The notes under the pieces: model-generated
Database searches by the model: none
The model's input: only the letters and a program-made list of their open reading frames with translations
What the model was told of the DNA's origin: nothing
From: Lingula anatina
Lineage: Eukaryota > Animalia > Brachiopoda
Direction: 5' to 3'
DNA length: 64,000 nucleotides
NCBI GenBank assembly: GCA_051362555.1
Contig: CM120640.1
Span: forward strand, 25,158,225-25,222,224
In this document: piece after piece, positions 1-13,000 of the stretch
Layout: every line of letters begins with the position of its first letter
Position numbering within the stretch: the stretch's first letter is position 1
Made by a program: the position numbers and the translations under genes

Positions 1-616
1 AAATAGTGTGTGCCGAGTTATCATTTTGATCAATAGCAACATAAATGTTACAGATTTATTACGGGTTCTTAAATTATGGAACTTATGTAGGCCTACGTAT
101 TTGCATGTACCGTTCACCACGAGTTGGAGAAAGTGCACATGAACTTGACGAAAGCTCACAGTTTGAGTTTCTGTTTATAAAAAAAAGAAATAAAATGAAG
201 AAGGAACTCAGACTCGGGCTGGACAGTCCCTGTCAAAGCTTCAATTGGATGAAAGAGACTGCCTTACTGTGCTGTTTCAAAATGCATATGTTATTGCCAA
301 TAACAACGGATGAAATGGTTATCTGATTAACAGACGTTTTTATGGACATACGTTTGATATTACTAGCTACACGTTCTTCATACTTGTATTGGTCTTAGTC
401 TTTGTGTCATTCCACAATGTCTTTTTCATTAAATAAAAAGCAACTTGTTATGCAAGTAATTTTTTGTCTATTTTTTGTTTGTTTGTTTTTCTTTCTTATT
501 TTACTTTTTTACAAATATATATCAAAAATTTAATATTTGATTTAATGTCAGTGATTTAAAACATTAGAAAATACACATGAAAACATGAATAATGGTTCGT
601 ATTTCTATTATTTTAC

Positions 617-708
617 TTCGGTCTGACAGATTTTGTTTCGGTCTGACAGAATTTTCAAGCTTGTCAGACCGAATGTCTGACAGATTTTTTGGCCTTTCGT
701 AAAGTCTG
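617..708. repeat. Short direct/inverted repeat cluster, probably the end of a degenerate non-autonomous element in an SMN intron
   Basis: TCGGTCTGACAGA twice, an inverted TGTCAGACCGA, and a third GTCTGACAGA. A possible terminal pair is CAGAC (331) and GTCTG (704-708), but no target-site duplication is visible. Confidence 0.35.
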
Positions 709-1296
709 TTATTGACTTTAATGTAGCTACTTTATGCAGAACAGTGTCACAGCAAACCTGTAGTAGTCTGCCATGGTTTTATATAGCATAAAATTGAATT
801 TGAAAAAAAAAAAAATTAATAAGTGCCATCGTAAATGATATGCAGTCTTAAATTCAAGTCTTTTGGTTAAGACCAACTCATATTTGATCTTTACAAGTAT
901 TTTAAATGTATGTTATGTCTACTTCACTCAAATATTAGTGGAATTCCACACCCCTGGTGCCCTATTTATATATTAGTAAAGAAACTGTTACTAGTGCCTG
1001 AGACTGTTTCGTTGCCCAGTGCAGCATTTGGCTGGAAAATGACTTGATGTATAAAAGGCACAAGGTGGAAAAATATAAGACACCTGAATCATAAATTCTG
1101 AAGTAACCCAATTTTAACTGATCCTTAAATATTAGAGACAGAAGTATTGGTTTGCTAAAGATGTTTGCTATATAATGCCATTGATATATGGGCATGATTT
1201 TCCTATCATATTTGGTACAATTTTAGACATTTTTCAAAGAATATTGTTGTAATTTGATAATTATACATTATTGATATTATTGATATTTTACAGCAG

Positions 1297-3375
1297 TGGA
1301 AAGTAGGGGACCAATGCAGAGCAGTTTTCACAGAAGATGATACTATTTATGATGCTGTGATTGTCTCCCTGAGTGAAGAAGTAGGTACTTGTGTTGTACG
1401 CTATCTGGATTATAACAATGAAGAGACACAAAAATTGGCAGACTTACTAGCTCCCAACAGGAGACATCAAAGACGAGAGTCAGGAAGTAATGCAGAAGTG
1501 AGTTTTTATCAGTTTTATATTAGAATGGAATCACTAATTTTAGAGAGTGAGGGTTTAATTTTTATATTTTTGATGTGAACAAAATGGAATGGGCATTTGG
1601 AAAATTCAGCTCTTGTGTCATTTTTAAATGCATGTCCTATAAAATGTCACTGGTGCAAAATTGGTTTAACTTCTCTTTATCACCTCACTCATTAAACAGT
1701 GCTGCCAGTGTTAAGTTGTCACAGTGAATATTGATACATAAGTTACATATTTTTCCCTGTTTCAGAGTGATATGGACTGTACCCCAGGTCCACATAGAGG
1801 AAGTAGACCTCACAGACAATCAGAGTCACATGCTCCTCCTCCCACTTGGCCATGGCCACAGTCACCAAATGTCATTCCACCATTTAGTGCAATGCCAGTA
1901 AGTTACAACTATAAATCACATCCATAATTCGACTAACTTGAAACAAAAAAATAATTAAGGTTCATTCTCACTTACATATTTTATTATATCTCAGTAGGCT
2001 ATATGATTGCAATGTAGGAAGCAAGTATCACCCCTGTTGTTTTTCCCCACAGCTAGGCATGCAGTTCAAATAAAACTGGTCTTAAATGCCATAGTTGTGG
2101 AGTTTGAAGGCCAGGTATGGTTTTTTTCTGGAAATTGAAAATGGAAGGAAGTTCTCATGCCATGTTCAGTGGTGGGGATGATGGCATTGGGAGAGACAAC
2201 GACAACAAGACATGATTTGATACAGTATGCTTTAAATAATATAACCAAATGAAGAGAGCATAAAACCACCATACTCTAAAGAACCTTTGGAGATTTAACA
2301 TCCAATCTTCTCTTTTGGTGACACACTGCTGCATTTCTTTAGATTTTATGCTGCAATGATTGTATGTTGTTCATTCAATTTTAAGTGAAAATGTAGCTGC
2401 GGATGAAATCATTGTCATGTTAAAAGCTAATATACTCCTACCTTTTCAAGTAATTTGCTATTTTTTTCTGTAAATTAAATTGTAAAAACTGTATTCTTCT
2501 TTTTATTGCAGCCTGTGTTTCCGTCATTGCCAGTCTTTCCACCCTGGACGAGCCCAGCACAAACACCATTATCCTCACAAGTCTGTAAACTTAATTATTC
2601 TTTTCTATTTTATTATTTTTTTTATTAATATATTTGTTGTTAATCTATCATCAAAAATTTATATATATTTAGTCATTTTTTTGAAGAAAAATAGTGTATT
2701 TCGAGTATGAAAATAAATGAACTGGTTATAGTAAGAAATGCGGTATTCTTGTATGCATTCAATTGCTTTGACACATATTGACCAAAAATAAAAAATAGAC
2801 CATAAATTTGCATTGTTTGAGTAGCATTGTAAACAGAAAGTTTAGTTATAATTCAGTTGTTACTAATATAATATTATGCCTGCATGTCAATTTGATATAG
2901 TTTGCACTGTTTTCCACCTTAGAAACCTCCATTTATGCCCCCTCCCCCACCAGTGCCTGAAGGCCTTGAAGGAGACAATGAGGCATTGTGCAGTATGTTG
3001 ATGTCCTGGTACATGAGTGGCTACCATACAGGTTATTACCAGGTAATTAAACATAGTCCATCAGCTGTGTTAAACATGCATAACTTACTTCTTGGGGGCT
3101 CTTTTTCCAACACTTTATGTTTGAATTAGAATAGGTGAAGTATAAACACTCCAAAAAACACACTTCTTTGAATGGTTGGGAAGTAAACAGAAAAAGGGAA
3201 AAGAAAGAAAAAGAAAGGTGTACATTCGTTAAATACAACTATTTTTTAATGCAAATTCAAACTGCCAATTTCATATTTATCTGATGTAAGCATATAATTT
3301 TAGGGCTTGAAGGATGCTAAGAAGCAACAACATGGCCACCAGCCTCACAAAGATTCTAGCGATGTTAAGCGGTAG
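1297..3375 (+). CDS. SMN: Survival motor neuron protein, 3' portion (5' exons lie upstream of the window)
   Basis: Exons 1297-1497, 1766-1897, 2512-2580, 2923-3042 and 3304-3375, all GT-AG and phase 0. Tudor domain [43 protein letters not shown], Pro-rich middle, YG-box [20 protein letters not shown], stop TAG at 3373-3375. The tandem acceptor CAGCAG allows an alternative exon start at 1294. Confidence 0.96.
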
Positions 3376-5845
3376 CAAAATATTGTGGCACCTGTGTGTC
3401 ATGGTGTTTACTGTTGTAAAGGGGGACTTGAATGAAATAAAATGAAATTGAAAAGAAGCAGCTGAGCAGGATATCCAGCTGTAGGATGAAGTCACACTTG
3501 ACACAAAAACTCCATCAGCTGTACCATATCCACTATGGTCCTTGTTCATTCAAACAGCAGTTGGAGAACCCAGAGGAATAAACATAACAGTATCAGGGTT
3601 TGAGCACATTGGATAACATGAAGAAGAATATTGAAGAAATATTTGACAGTATATGAACATGCTGAGCATGAAGGAGGAAATGTGTACAAATGATATGTCA
3701 ATATAGGGGAGTTGGAAATATTTTGCTGGTAATGATGACATAAAAGGCAGAAAAATGTGTGCTTGATGTTGTTAAAAGTGGAGGCAAGAGATTCTTGTCT
3801 GTTGAAAAAAGCATCATCAAATTGTATTTGTCCTTCTTTCTTTTCCCAATTCAAACATTGACTTTGCACAGAAAGCACTTGGTGCTGTGCCAACGAGTCA
3901 GAACTACATCCTACTTGGAGTGAAAATAATGCAAGCCTGTCAGATTTGGAAGATTGAGATTTTAATGACCTCAGTGGTTGTAACCACACTTTCATTTGGC
4001 GTAATAAAGGTTTTTTTATTCAACAATTGTGTCATTAGTACATTACAGATGCAGTTAAAGTCAAACTTTTGCCCCAGAACCTGACCCAACTCCACCATGT
4101 GTAGCTTGAAATAGTATAACTTGGAGAAATGCCATAAGACATCGTTTCAGGTTTCCCAAAAAATTCAATTTGAATGGGGTTTTCTTTCTGTGCTATAAAT
4201 GACCCTCAGCTGTCCCATTTGACTAAACATGCAATTGCACGCACAGTTTTACACCCATAAATAGGAGTAAGAGTAATGATTATACAATGTGCACACAGTT
4301 CTCTTGTCATTGAATGGATCTTTATGAACTTGAGGGCCAGATAAATGGGTAAATTTATGATTTAGTACTTAAAGAATGTTCAATTTTAAAGCAGTTTTTT
4401 GTCTGATTGCAAGATAAATTTAGTTATTGATTTGATATGTTGACTTCATTTCAGTTGTATAATAAATTAGTTGAAGTGGTTTATAAGCTTTAGTGGAATT
4501 CCATGCTCTTTATTTGAAGTATTTTTAAGGATCAGGTTCCTAAGGTGTGTCGTGTCAGTGTTACTGGAGCAATCTAATATCAAAGCTGAATTAAGGGTAT
4601 TTTAACTCTTTATAATCACCTAGATACTGAAAGTAAGGCTTTTCCTGCATCTAATTATTCAATAATGCATCTATCTTTGTGCTGATTAAAAACAATGCCC
4701 CCCCCCCCCTTTGAAAATATAAGATATCAGTGTTTATAATTCTGAATGCAAGGAAAAAGCATAGGCAATTGAAAGCTTTAATTGTCATTTTAACAACTTT
4801 CTATTTTGAGGTGAGATAGCAATTGGTATGGGGCGTAACTTCATCCCTAAACAAAATTTTATCACAAAAATTGGCAAGTGTATGGGCTGCAATCCCCCAG
4901 GAGTAAAAAAAATAAAAGCATTAAATGCTATTAGGAAGGTATTTGTGATAACACTGCGAACACCTTTTGTTGGCTACCAGTGAGAAAACATTTTAAAAAT
5001 TCACAATTTATTTAATGCCCATGACCTTGAAAAAGTACAATAAGTGATGGATCTGTTGCAAACATTTCCATCTTACAAAAACTGAGTAACTTTTGTTTGG
5101 CAATGAAATCAAGGACTAAAACTAGAACCAGAAAAATTGCCTGGTTATGATATATGATATATTTTGCATAATTTATATGTAATGAACTTTTTTTCTTCAT
5201 AAAAGAATGGAGAAAATGAGAAGCAAGTTTACAATATGATCAATACAATGCCACAGAGAAACATTCTTCATAAATTTTCCAGTACTGATGGCATATAACT
5301 TACTAATGACTAAAATGAAAATGGAATTGTTCAGTAAAAATAATAAAGTGAAGTCATTGTTCTATAATGTTAGCAAAGATGCAAAATGGTTTTGTTTTCT
5401 TCAAATAAATGACATACAAATGTGTATCGCTGTGTGTATTGAAGCAATGCATGGACATCCAAAACCTATCAAAATCCCAAAACTGCTCTAATAACATTTA
5501 GCAAGAATCATGAGCAGGCCTTATCAGTCATATTTAATAACATATTCTAAGTACTTTATCAGTTTATGTGAGAAGAGACAAATAGGATATATCAAATTAA
5601 TATCATTCATACTCATCAGTTGTACAAAATGTGCCTTTGTCTTGATACCAGCCAATGCATCACTTGTAGATGTATTTTAAAAGAGCATGAGCCTATGCTT
5701 GACATCAGCTGTTACAGCAAGAGGGACATATGCCTGTAGATAAACATTTCCTATCTAAATATCTGTAATGGGTTAAGTCCAGAATCTCAGATCAAGATAT
5801 GTCCAGTTCATGTTTTCAGAATACAGTTTCCATTTGCACTTGTGT

Positions 5846-7021
5846 TTATTTCCCTCCTTTAGCACCTCCACTTGCTCCCTGGGCCTGGGCTGCTTTCTTC
5901 TCTTGTTTTTGTCTCATAATCTCAGCATCTCTGAAAAGAGACATAAAGAGACATAAAGTTATTATTCAGAAAATATTATCCAATACACAACCAAATTTTT
6001 TCGTTTTCTAGGGTTTAGTTGTCTTATACACATTTTTGTCTGGTTTGAATATGTTTGTTATATGTATGCATTAAAAACACATTTCCCCGTAAATGAATAT
6101 AGTTTGACTTATATGTAAAGGTAAATACACTGTTACCTGTGTCTTCTCTCTTCCAAAGACATTCCAGCATTGGCACCCTTAGCTGCAGCACCCTTGGCTT
6201 TATCCTGCTGCTGCTGCTTTTTCTGATTTTTTTCTCTTGCTTTCTCACGTTGATTTCCACCTGTGGAGAAAACATTTTAAAAATTATTGAGTGATCAAGG
6301 GGGGGCAAACTGTTGGTGGGATATACCTGACCAAAACACATTTCTCTTATATAGCTGATCTTTAATCAAATATCAACTGCAAAATTTTATCCATTCTAAA
6401 AAATTTATATTATCTTACTGATCAAACTTCTTATTAGCGACAGGTACTGTTAAATGTTTTGATAAAACCTTTTTTTTTTTTTTTGGTCGCTTATTAATAA
6501 TTTTAGTTGAGGACCTACGAATGTTGCTAGAAAAGCTATTCATATTGAAGCTGTAAATTTGATAGAAGTGAAAAGAGCAAGAGGCAAAACATTCATGTTT
6601 GCCAGGCTCAGAGAGGGGCCTTTCCCTGTACTAGTTCTTGCCTGAGATACGGGAAGGTTTTAAAATTAAACCGAGGCTGCACTCATTGGGTTCACCTTCA
6701 AGCTTTATCTCATCTGAATACCCCATTCTCTCTCTCTCCTCCATTTCAATCTTCCACCCTACGCTAGAACCGTAGGGTGGTTGGTAAAAGTGGAGGTTAG
6801 AGGTTCAAGATACTTTCAGATTGATCTTTAGGTGGATTTGGCAGCACTCACTGTGTTTGTATGAGTGTGATGAATGAAATGAGGACAACACAGTTAAAGC
6901 GTAGTACTGCAATCATAGAGTTTTCCTTGTTATATTCTAATTACATTGTCCCCATCTTAATCGATAGTTTCCCTGGGGTGTGTTTTCTTAAAGAGAACTA
7001 TGACCAGTACTTACGAGTCAT
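5846..7021 (-). CDS. SERF: Small EDRK-rich factor (SERF/4F5 family), 71 aa
   Basis: Exons 7021-7015, 6260-6137 and 5930-5846 splice in frame to MTRGNQREKAREKNQKKQQQQDKAKGAAAKGANAGMSLEERRHRDAEIMRQKQEKKAAQAQGASGGAKGGK*. MTRGNQRE and RDAEIMRQKQ are the 4F5 signature motifs. Not in the ORF track because the exons are short. Confidence 0.95.
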
Positions 7022-7363
7022 GGTTTTCAAACCAATCGGAGCTACGTGGCACAACAACAAAATAACTTTCGGACAGCCTGACAAATCACTCAAGAGGTGA
7101 GATTGCGATTGGAATTGATGCCACGCTTAAAAAACACCAGTAATTTAAGATTCCCTAATTTTGATCTTCTCTATATATTTTTTAAACAAAAACATGAAAG
7201 TAGTCCTTTTAGGACGAAGTTACGAAATAAATTAGCTAAAATGAAAATTGTTATTCCACTCATTATTCTTTTATTTCTATTTCAGAGCTATGAACCAATT
7301 AGGTTTGGCACCGTTTTGGAGCGCGGTGATCTGGATTTCATTTCCGGTAGAGAGACAACACGA
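7022..7363. promoter_or_regulatory. Putative bidirectional promoter and 5'UTR region shared by SERF (-) and SUB1 (+)
   Basis: The genes are head-to-head. The region is locally CpG-rich, with CCAAT at 7032 and 7295 and ATTGG at 7108. A GTAAGT donor at 7364 fits a non-coding first exon of SUB1. Confidence 0.55.
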
Positions 7364-7825
7364 GTAAGTTCACATCACCGGTTTTAACCGACTCGTAGTG
7401 TTTACTTTAAGTGATATATAATTTAACAGTTACTGGTATGTTAGTTCGGTGAAAGTAGGTAGTGCGATCAGTGCATTGAATATTGTGCAAAGGCACGATG
7501 ACCTCCTTTCGATTAATACCTGTACTCAGTACGCTGTACGAGAAAAACCACAGAACAATTTGCGTTTGTTAGATCTACATGATTATCATCTGCTGTACAA
7601 CTGCTATATCACATATGTGCTAATACATTCAACACAAATAGGTGAGATCCAAAACGTAATGAAAAGTTCCTAAGCTCAATTTTTAAATTTGCATGGTCGA
7701 AATTTAGAAGTGACACTAAAAATGAAACTAAAATAATTTTAAATTTATTGATAATAATTAAAAAATAATAAAAACGTACATTGTTGTATCTATTTGTTTC
7801 AGATAAACAAATAAAATAAAACAGG

Positions 7826-8616
7826 ATGCCAAAATCGAAAGAATTTATATCAAGCTCAGAATCCGATTCAGAAGATGATAAGGCAAGTGAGAACCCACTG
7901 TGTTTGATAAAAAAAAAGTCAATCTGATTGAAAGTGGGTTTTCTAAGTAAGGTTGATATTATGATGAAAAATTTGCCACTTTTACTGTGCCATGACTATT
8001 TATAACACTCACTGATGACAAAGATGTTGTTACATTTTCTTGTGATATTTTCTTCGAATGAGATGTCTCTATGCTACTGTCATTTATTCTTTAGCCAAAA
8101 GCAAAGAAAAAGAAGACAGAAAAACCTAAGCCTGCAGAGAAGCCCAAGCCCAGTAGCTCCAAAGGAAAGGATGGTGAAGAGATGTTTCAGGTATACAATA
8201 TGCGGCATATTATTGCTCTGTATAAATATTGTTGTACTGAAATTAATAGTTTCTGACATGTATTGAAGTTACTTAACCTTGATGAAAAGAATTTATTTAA
8301 TTAAACTTTTTCACAGCTTTCCAAGATGAGGTATGTTACAGTGAGTGAATTTCGGGGAAAATGCTTTGTCAACATCCGAGAGTATTATGAATCTGATGGA
8401 GAAATGAAACCAGGAAAGAAAGGTGGGTTGCATTTCCGAAAAAGGAAACTTTTGATCAATCAGACAGGCATGTCAATTGATTGTAGATCTGCAAAGAATG
8501 GCTTAAGCAGCATCACAGTGTATATACCAATATGTATATATTTTACTATTATGCCCTAATTTTGAACCACCACATTGACGTGCCTGATCAGATCTTTCAT
8601 GTTCTAATTATTGCAG

Positions 8617-8683
<67 letters not shown>

Positions 8684-8987
8684 GTGAGGTTATTGATTTT
8701 AAAATTATAAATCTGTATGATTTATTTGTGTCAGGATCATTTATTATTTGATATTTGATTTTGCTTTTGATCAGAATTTTGAATTTTATGGTACAATTTG
8801 TCTGCAACATGTTACTTCAGCATATTTTTGACTTTTTTTTGTCATCTCTATTCTTATTATTTATTACTGTTCATGTTTATTTATTTGTGTTTTATTAATT
8901 CTAGGAATAGCACTTAATGCGGAACAATGGACTAGACTGAAAGAACAAATGGAGGAAATAGATGCAAAACTGAAAAGCATGCAGTAG
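7826..8987 (+). CDS. SUB1: Activated RNA polymerase II transcriptional coactivator p15 (PC4)
   Basis: Exons 7826-7882 (GC donor), 8095-8190, 8317-8422 and 8905-8987. N-terminus [19 protein letters not shown], a Lys-rich linker, and the PC4 domain [60 protein letters not shown]. Confidence 0.96.
8618..8679. repeat. (TA)n microsatellite
   Basis: Perfect TA run in SUB1 intron 3. Confidence 0.95.
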
Positions 8988-9710
8988 TGCTTTTTTATAT
9001 AAGGAAACAGTCTCTGTATCTCAAGTGATAAGGGAGGATATCATAAAGTTAAACCTCTTACTTATAAGTCTGGAATATGACAGACATACAGCTCAGCAGA
9101 CAAAATCTGAAAAGTAGCTAGCTAGCAGAGCAGACTAAAATTGGATTTTGAACAGCAGAGTTGGGTCAAGTGTCTATTATGTTGGATACAATATAGTTTG
9201 TGACAAAATGTATCTTGATCATTTGTTTTCTGAGAGGACCTTAGGTGTTTTATGTAGAGCCTTCTTTAAAATTGTGCTATATGTTTGTTAAAAGGACAAA
9301 TCAAGCCACGTGTGGTGGGAGACAGCACCAAATGCCCATTCCTCGTATAGACGTGGTCAGATGTGAAAACATGAAGTGACACTGTAGAGGCATGGTTGGC
9401 AAGAGTTTGCCACATGAGATGATTATCTTCACAGAGTATTAACATGTTAGCACTTACATTTTCTTACGTAAAACTTTCCATTGTAGATCTTGTAAAGTGT
9501 TGTTCAAACAAGCTAAACTAGTATATTGTTAATTGGGTATATTTGGCTCACCGTTTGTGGTGGCACAGAAAGAGTCGTTTTGAAGTGATGTGAAAACTTA
9601 TAAATTATGAAGCTGACATGATTTTGCATTTTAATCATCCTTTTTAATTGTTGTGCTTGCTTTCATTTCTTAGGACAGAAAATTGACCAAATCCTTGAAA
9701 AAAAAAGGAA

Positions 9711-9713
<3 letters not shown>

Positions 9714-9760
<47 letters not shown>
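9714..9760. repeat. (TA)n microsatellite
   Basis: Perfect AT/TA run between SUB1 and the Roco gene. Confidence 0.95.
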
Positions 9761-9763
<3 letters not shown>

Positions 9764-10089
9764 CAACTTTTTCACCAGTAGTTTTCCTAATGTTTTTCTC
9801 TGTTGTTGAGTTGGTTGGATTTTCTTAGTCGGTAGTGTGTTGCAGTCTTTTAAGATCTGCCTGATTTTTTTTTTGCAATTTTGGTATTAGAAAGTATTAA
9901 TTCATTTGCGTAAACATCTTAAGGAAATGGAAACAAGAAACAAATATCAAACATGTTAATAAGTTTAAATATCGTTTATTGAAAAGAAATTCAATAAAAT
10001 TTTACAGGTTTGCACACGAAGCCTTTTTGTCCACTTCACTGACTTCTGGCAAACTTGGCAACAAAATATCAATGTGGACAGCACTGGCA

Positions 10090-13000
10090 TTAGGGTGCCT
10101 GCACCAAGTTGCCCTCTCGTGCATAGTCTTGGATATCTTGCACTAAGTCCAGTCTTCCCATGTCCCGCAGGCAGTTGATCACATCACTCACGGTCACGTT
10201 AGAGGTTTGGCACCACTCTGTCAGCACAGCATCACATGGGTTCTGTTGCCTTTCCAGCACCTGGACTTCGAACATGCTCTTGCCTAGTTGAGCTGAAGAG
10301 ATGTCACATTTCATTTATTTATTTATTTTGATGAAATCATTGTTATGTTGTGAAGCATGTTGTTAAACGGTCAACCCATGTCTTTGTTACCAGTTCCAGA
10401 GAAAAAATAATAATTTTAATAATAATAATTTTTCGAACGGTAGCGAGAACTAAATTCACCTATAATTAAACAAAAACTACATTCTTTCAATTTTTTAATC
10501 AAGGAAGAGTCTTGATTTTTCAAATATACCGACATGATAATCATCTTTATATGACATTATACCTTGGCTGATGGGATGGCCATGAATCTTTATCAGCACG
10601 GTATTAATAAATCTCGACCTTGTTTTGCGTACAACGATTTATCGTAAATCATGATGTATACAGAATGAAGAAATCAAAAGTTTACGATATTCTACGTCTT
10701 TGATCAATGTCATTTTCTTTTATCAATTGTAAGATAATCTTTTGTTAAAAATGATTTATATTAGATGTCTACAAGAAGCTCTAGAAAAAAACTGGAGTTC
10801 GGCATATTGCACTCTGGGTCATTTCCCTAGATACTGCTCATGTTATCAGTATCTTATTAAGACGCTCAAGAGCATGATTATCAAACTTACAGTGGGAGAA
10901 GAATCAATCACGGATTTTACAGCAGTATGATTACATATTTGTTCTCTCTCTCTCTCCCTCCCTCTCTCCCTCGTCAATCTTACCTGCCAATCCCTTCCAG
11001 TCCCTACCAAAAATACTAGGTGTATTTAGGGCATTACACACGCGGTAGTATATGTCAGGTGTCAGGCTTTTGAATGAAGTATCTGCCCAACACTTCGCTG
11101 TCAAATCATTCTTCTTGCGTTGAAAAATCTTTTTCTCATCTGAGGTTGCCGTCTTATCTAACCCAACAGCCTGAAAACAGATCTTTTAATGTCACATGTG
11201 ATGTTTAATCTGTTTGAACAAAGTTTCAAGATTAGTTTTAAATGAGAATACAAAACAGGTTGATTCAAAAGAGTCAAGGTAAATATTAGACATAGTTATT
11301 TAATGAGTGGGATATATCTCGTGGTTAATTGTTGGGTATCAATATGTATGAATCAGTATGATATATAATTATGATGAAATTAATGAACTTCTTTTCCCTT
11401 GAATTCTATTAAAAAATGCCACCCGGTAGGGTTATCCAGTGCATCTAATTCTCCTTGCTAAATAATTTATATATCATTCACAAATTTGCTTGGTTGGATA
11501 GTTTTTTTTTTCATCTTTTTGCTTATCGTTGTACATGTCGCTAAAGACAAAAAAAGAAAACTTACTTTGCTCCCTTGCAACTCGATCATTCGTCCACGAC
11601 ACCAGAATGTCGTCTGCTTCTTACGTGACGCTGAGGCATCTTCTGTGTTCATGGACCAGGTTTCAAGAAGGTGAATATCCTGAAATGGAAGAGAGCCCTT
11701 ATTGAATCCAGGTGAGTACAACTTACAAGGATTTTTTTCCAGTTTGAATACCACAATAAAAAAGAATGCATTATATGCTTTATCTTTTTTTAAAGTTGTA
11801 TTATTTGTTTTTTACAGGGACTGCATTTATATTTCAATGAGTACTGTTGATTTTCGCAGAGTCTTATGTAATACCACATTACTGGTACTTACTGAATTCT
11901 CTTGGTCATGAGCATCCTGAAATGGGCATTTAGGGCCAAAAACGTAGGAACATTTCTCAAAATCCTGTGACACGATTCTTTTCAGATTGTGTTGGATTGC
12001 ATCTAACACTATGGCCGGTTCACGGCCTCTACCGCATCTTACAGTCACCTTGATCATTTGGCTTTGCTGGCTAACAAAATCTTCATTTCCAAGAAGTTCT
12101 AGCTTCAGTGCATAACTGTTTTCAAAAGTAAATAACGCAGCACTTTGTGAAATCCGAGGCACGGCGATATTTCGTAGGTTATCGTATTGAACACATTGGC
12201 ACACAAGTCGTAGGAAAATAGTCTGTGGGGGAAAGCATCCAAAGTCTACATAGTAAATTATATCTGAGTCGACGTCGTCATCCCACCATCCACTTAGATG
12301 TTTGGTATGAGGTAGCAGTTTTGGCACTATATAATGGAAACCATTATTGTTCAGCATCACTTTACATATAAGGTGATAATGCTGCAGAAGGTCTATCAAA
12401 CTCTCCTGGACATTGGCGTTTGTGAGGTCAGACAGCAAATGTTGCAGTAAAGGCGTGGAAAGCGTTCCAGTGTTTTTCAGGTTTCTCCAATCGTCCATTA
12501 ATGAATGTTTTTGTTTAGATAAAGATGGGATGGTCACTATGGAGGCCATGATATTGACCAGTAACTGTGGGTCAAAAACAATAACATCGGACAGTTTTCC
12601 ATTTGCTTTGTAAATAATTTCACCAATGAAATGAAAGAAGTTTAACATGTCTTTAAATTCGTCTTCATCTTTAATGTGACACTGGTTCTTTTTACACACT
12701 TCGTAAAGCTCTACAAAATTTCCAATGAGCTGTCCATTCTCTCTCCTTTTTTGAATAACTTCGTGTAGCGCCAGGTATTTTATGGGCCACAGTTGCTTTT
12801 GGAATTCGGACTCACGCGCTATGCGCATCAGTGTTTTCCGCAAATGCTCATGGTCAGCATCATTAACAGATCTGAGACTATTTTCCACCGGAAAAAGAGG
12901 CGTGTCATCCTCATTCCATATCAAAAATTTGTGCAAGTTGTGTGGCAGGCTGTTCCTCAAGAAATTGCCTATTTCTCTCACTTTCGTTGGTCCCACCATG

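Noticed and set aside
1327-1329. SMN Tudor aromatic-cage Trp (human W102) replaced by Phe
   Set aside because: A conservative aromatic change; the other cage residues (three Tyr, Asn) and the following Glu are intact.
3277-4084. ORFs overlapping the SMN 3'UTR
   Set aside because: No motifs or splice support; AATAAA near 4003 fits a UTR.
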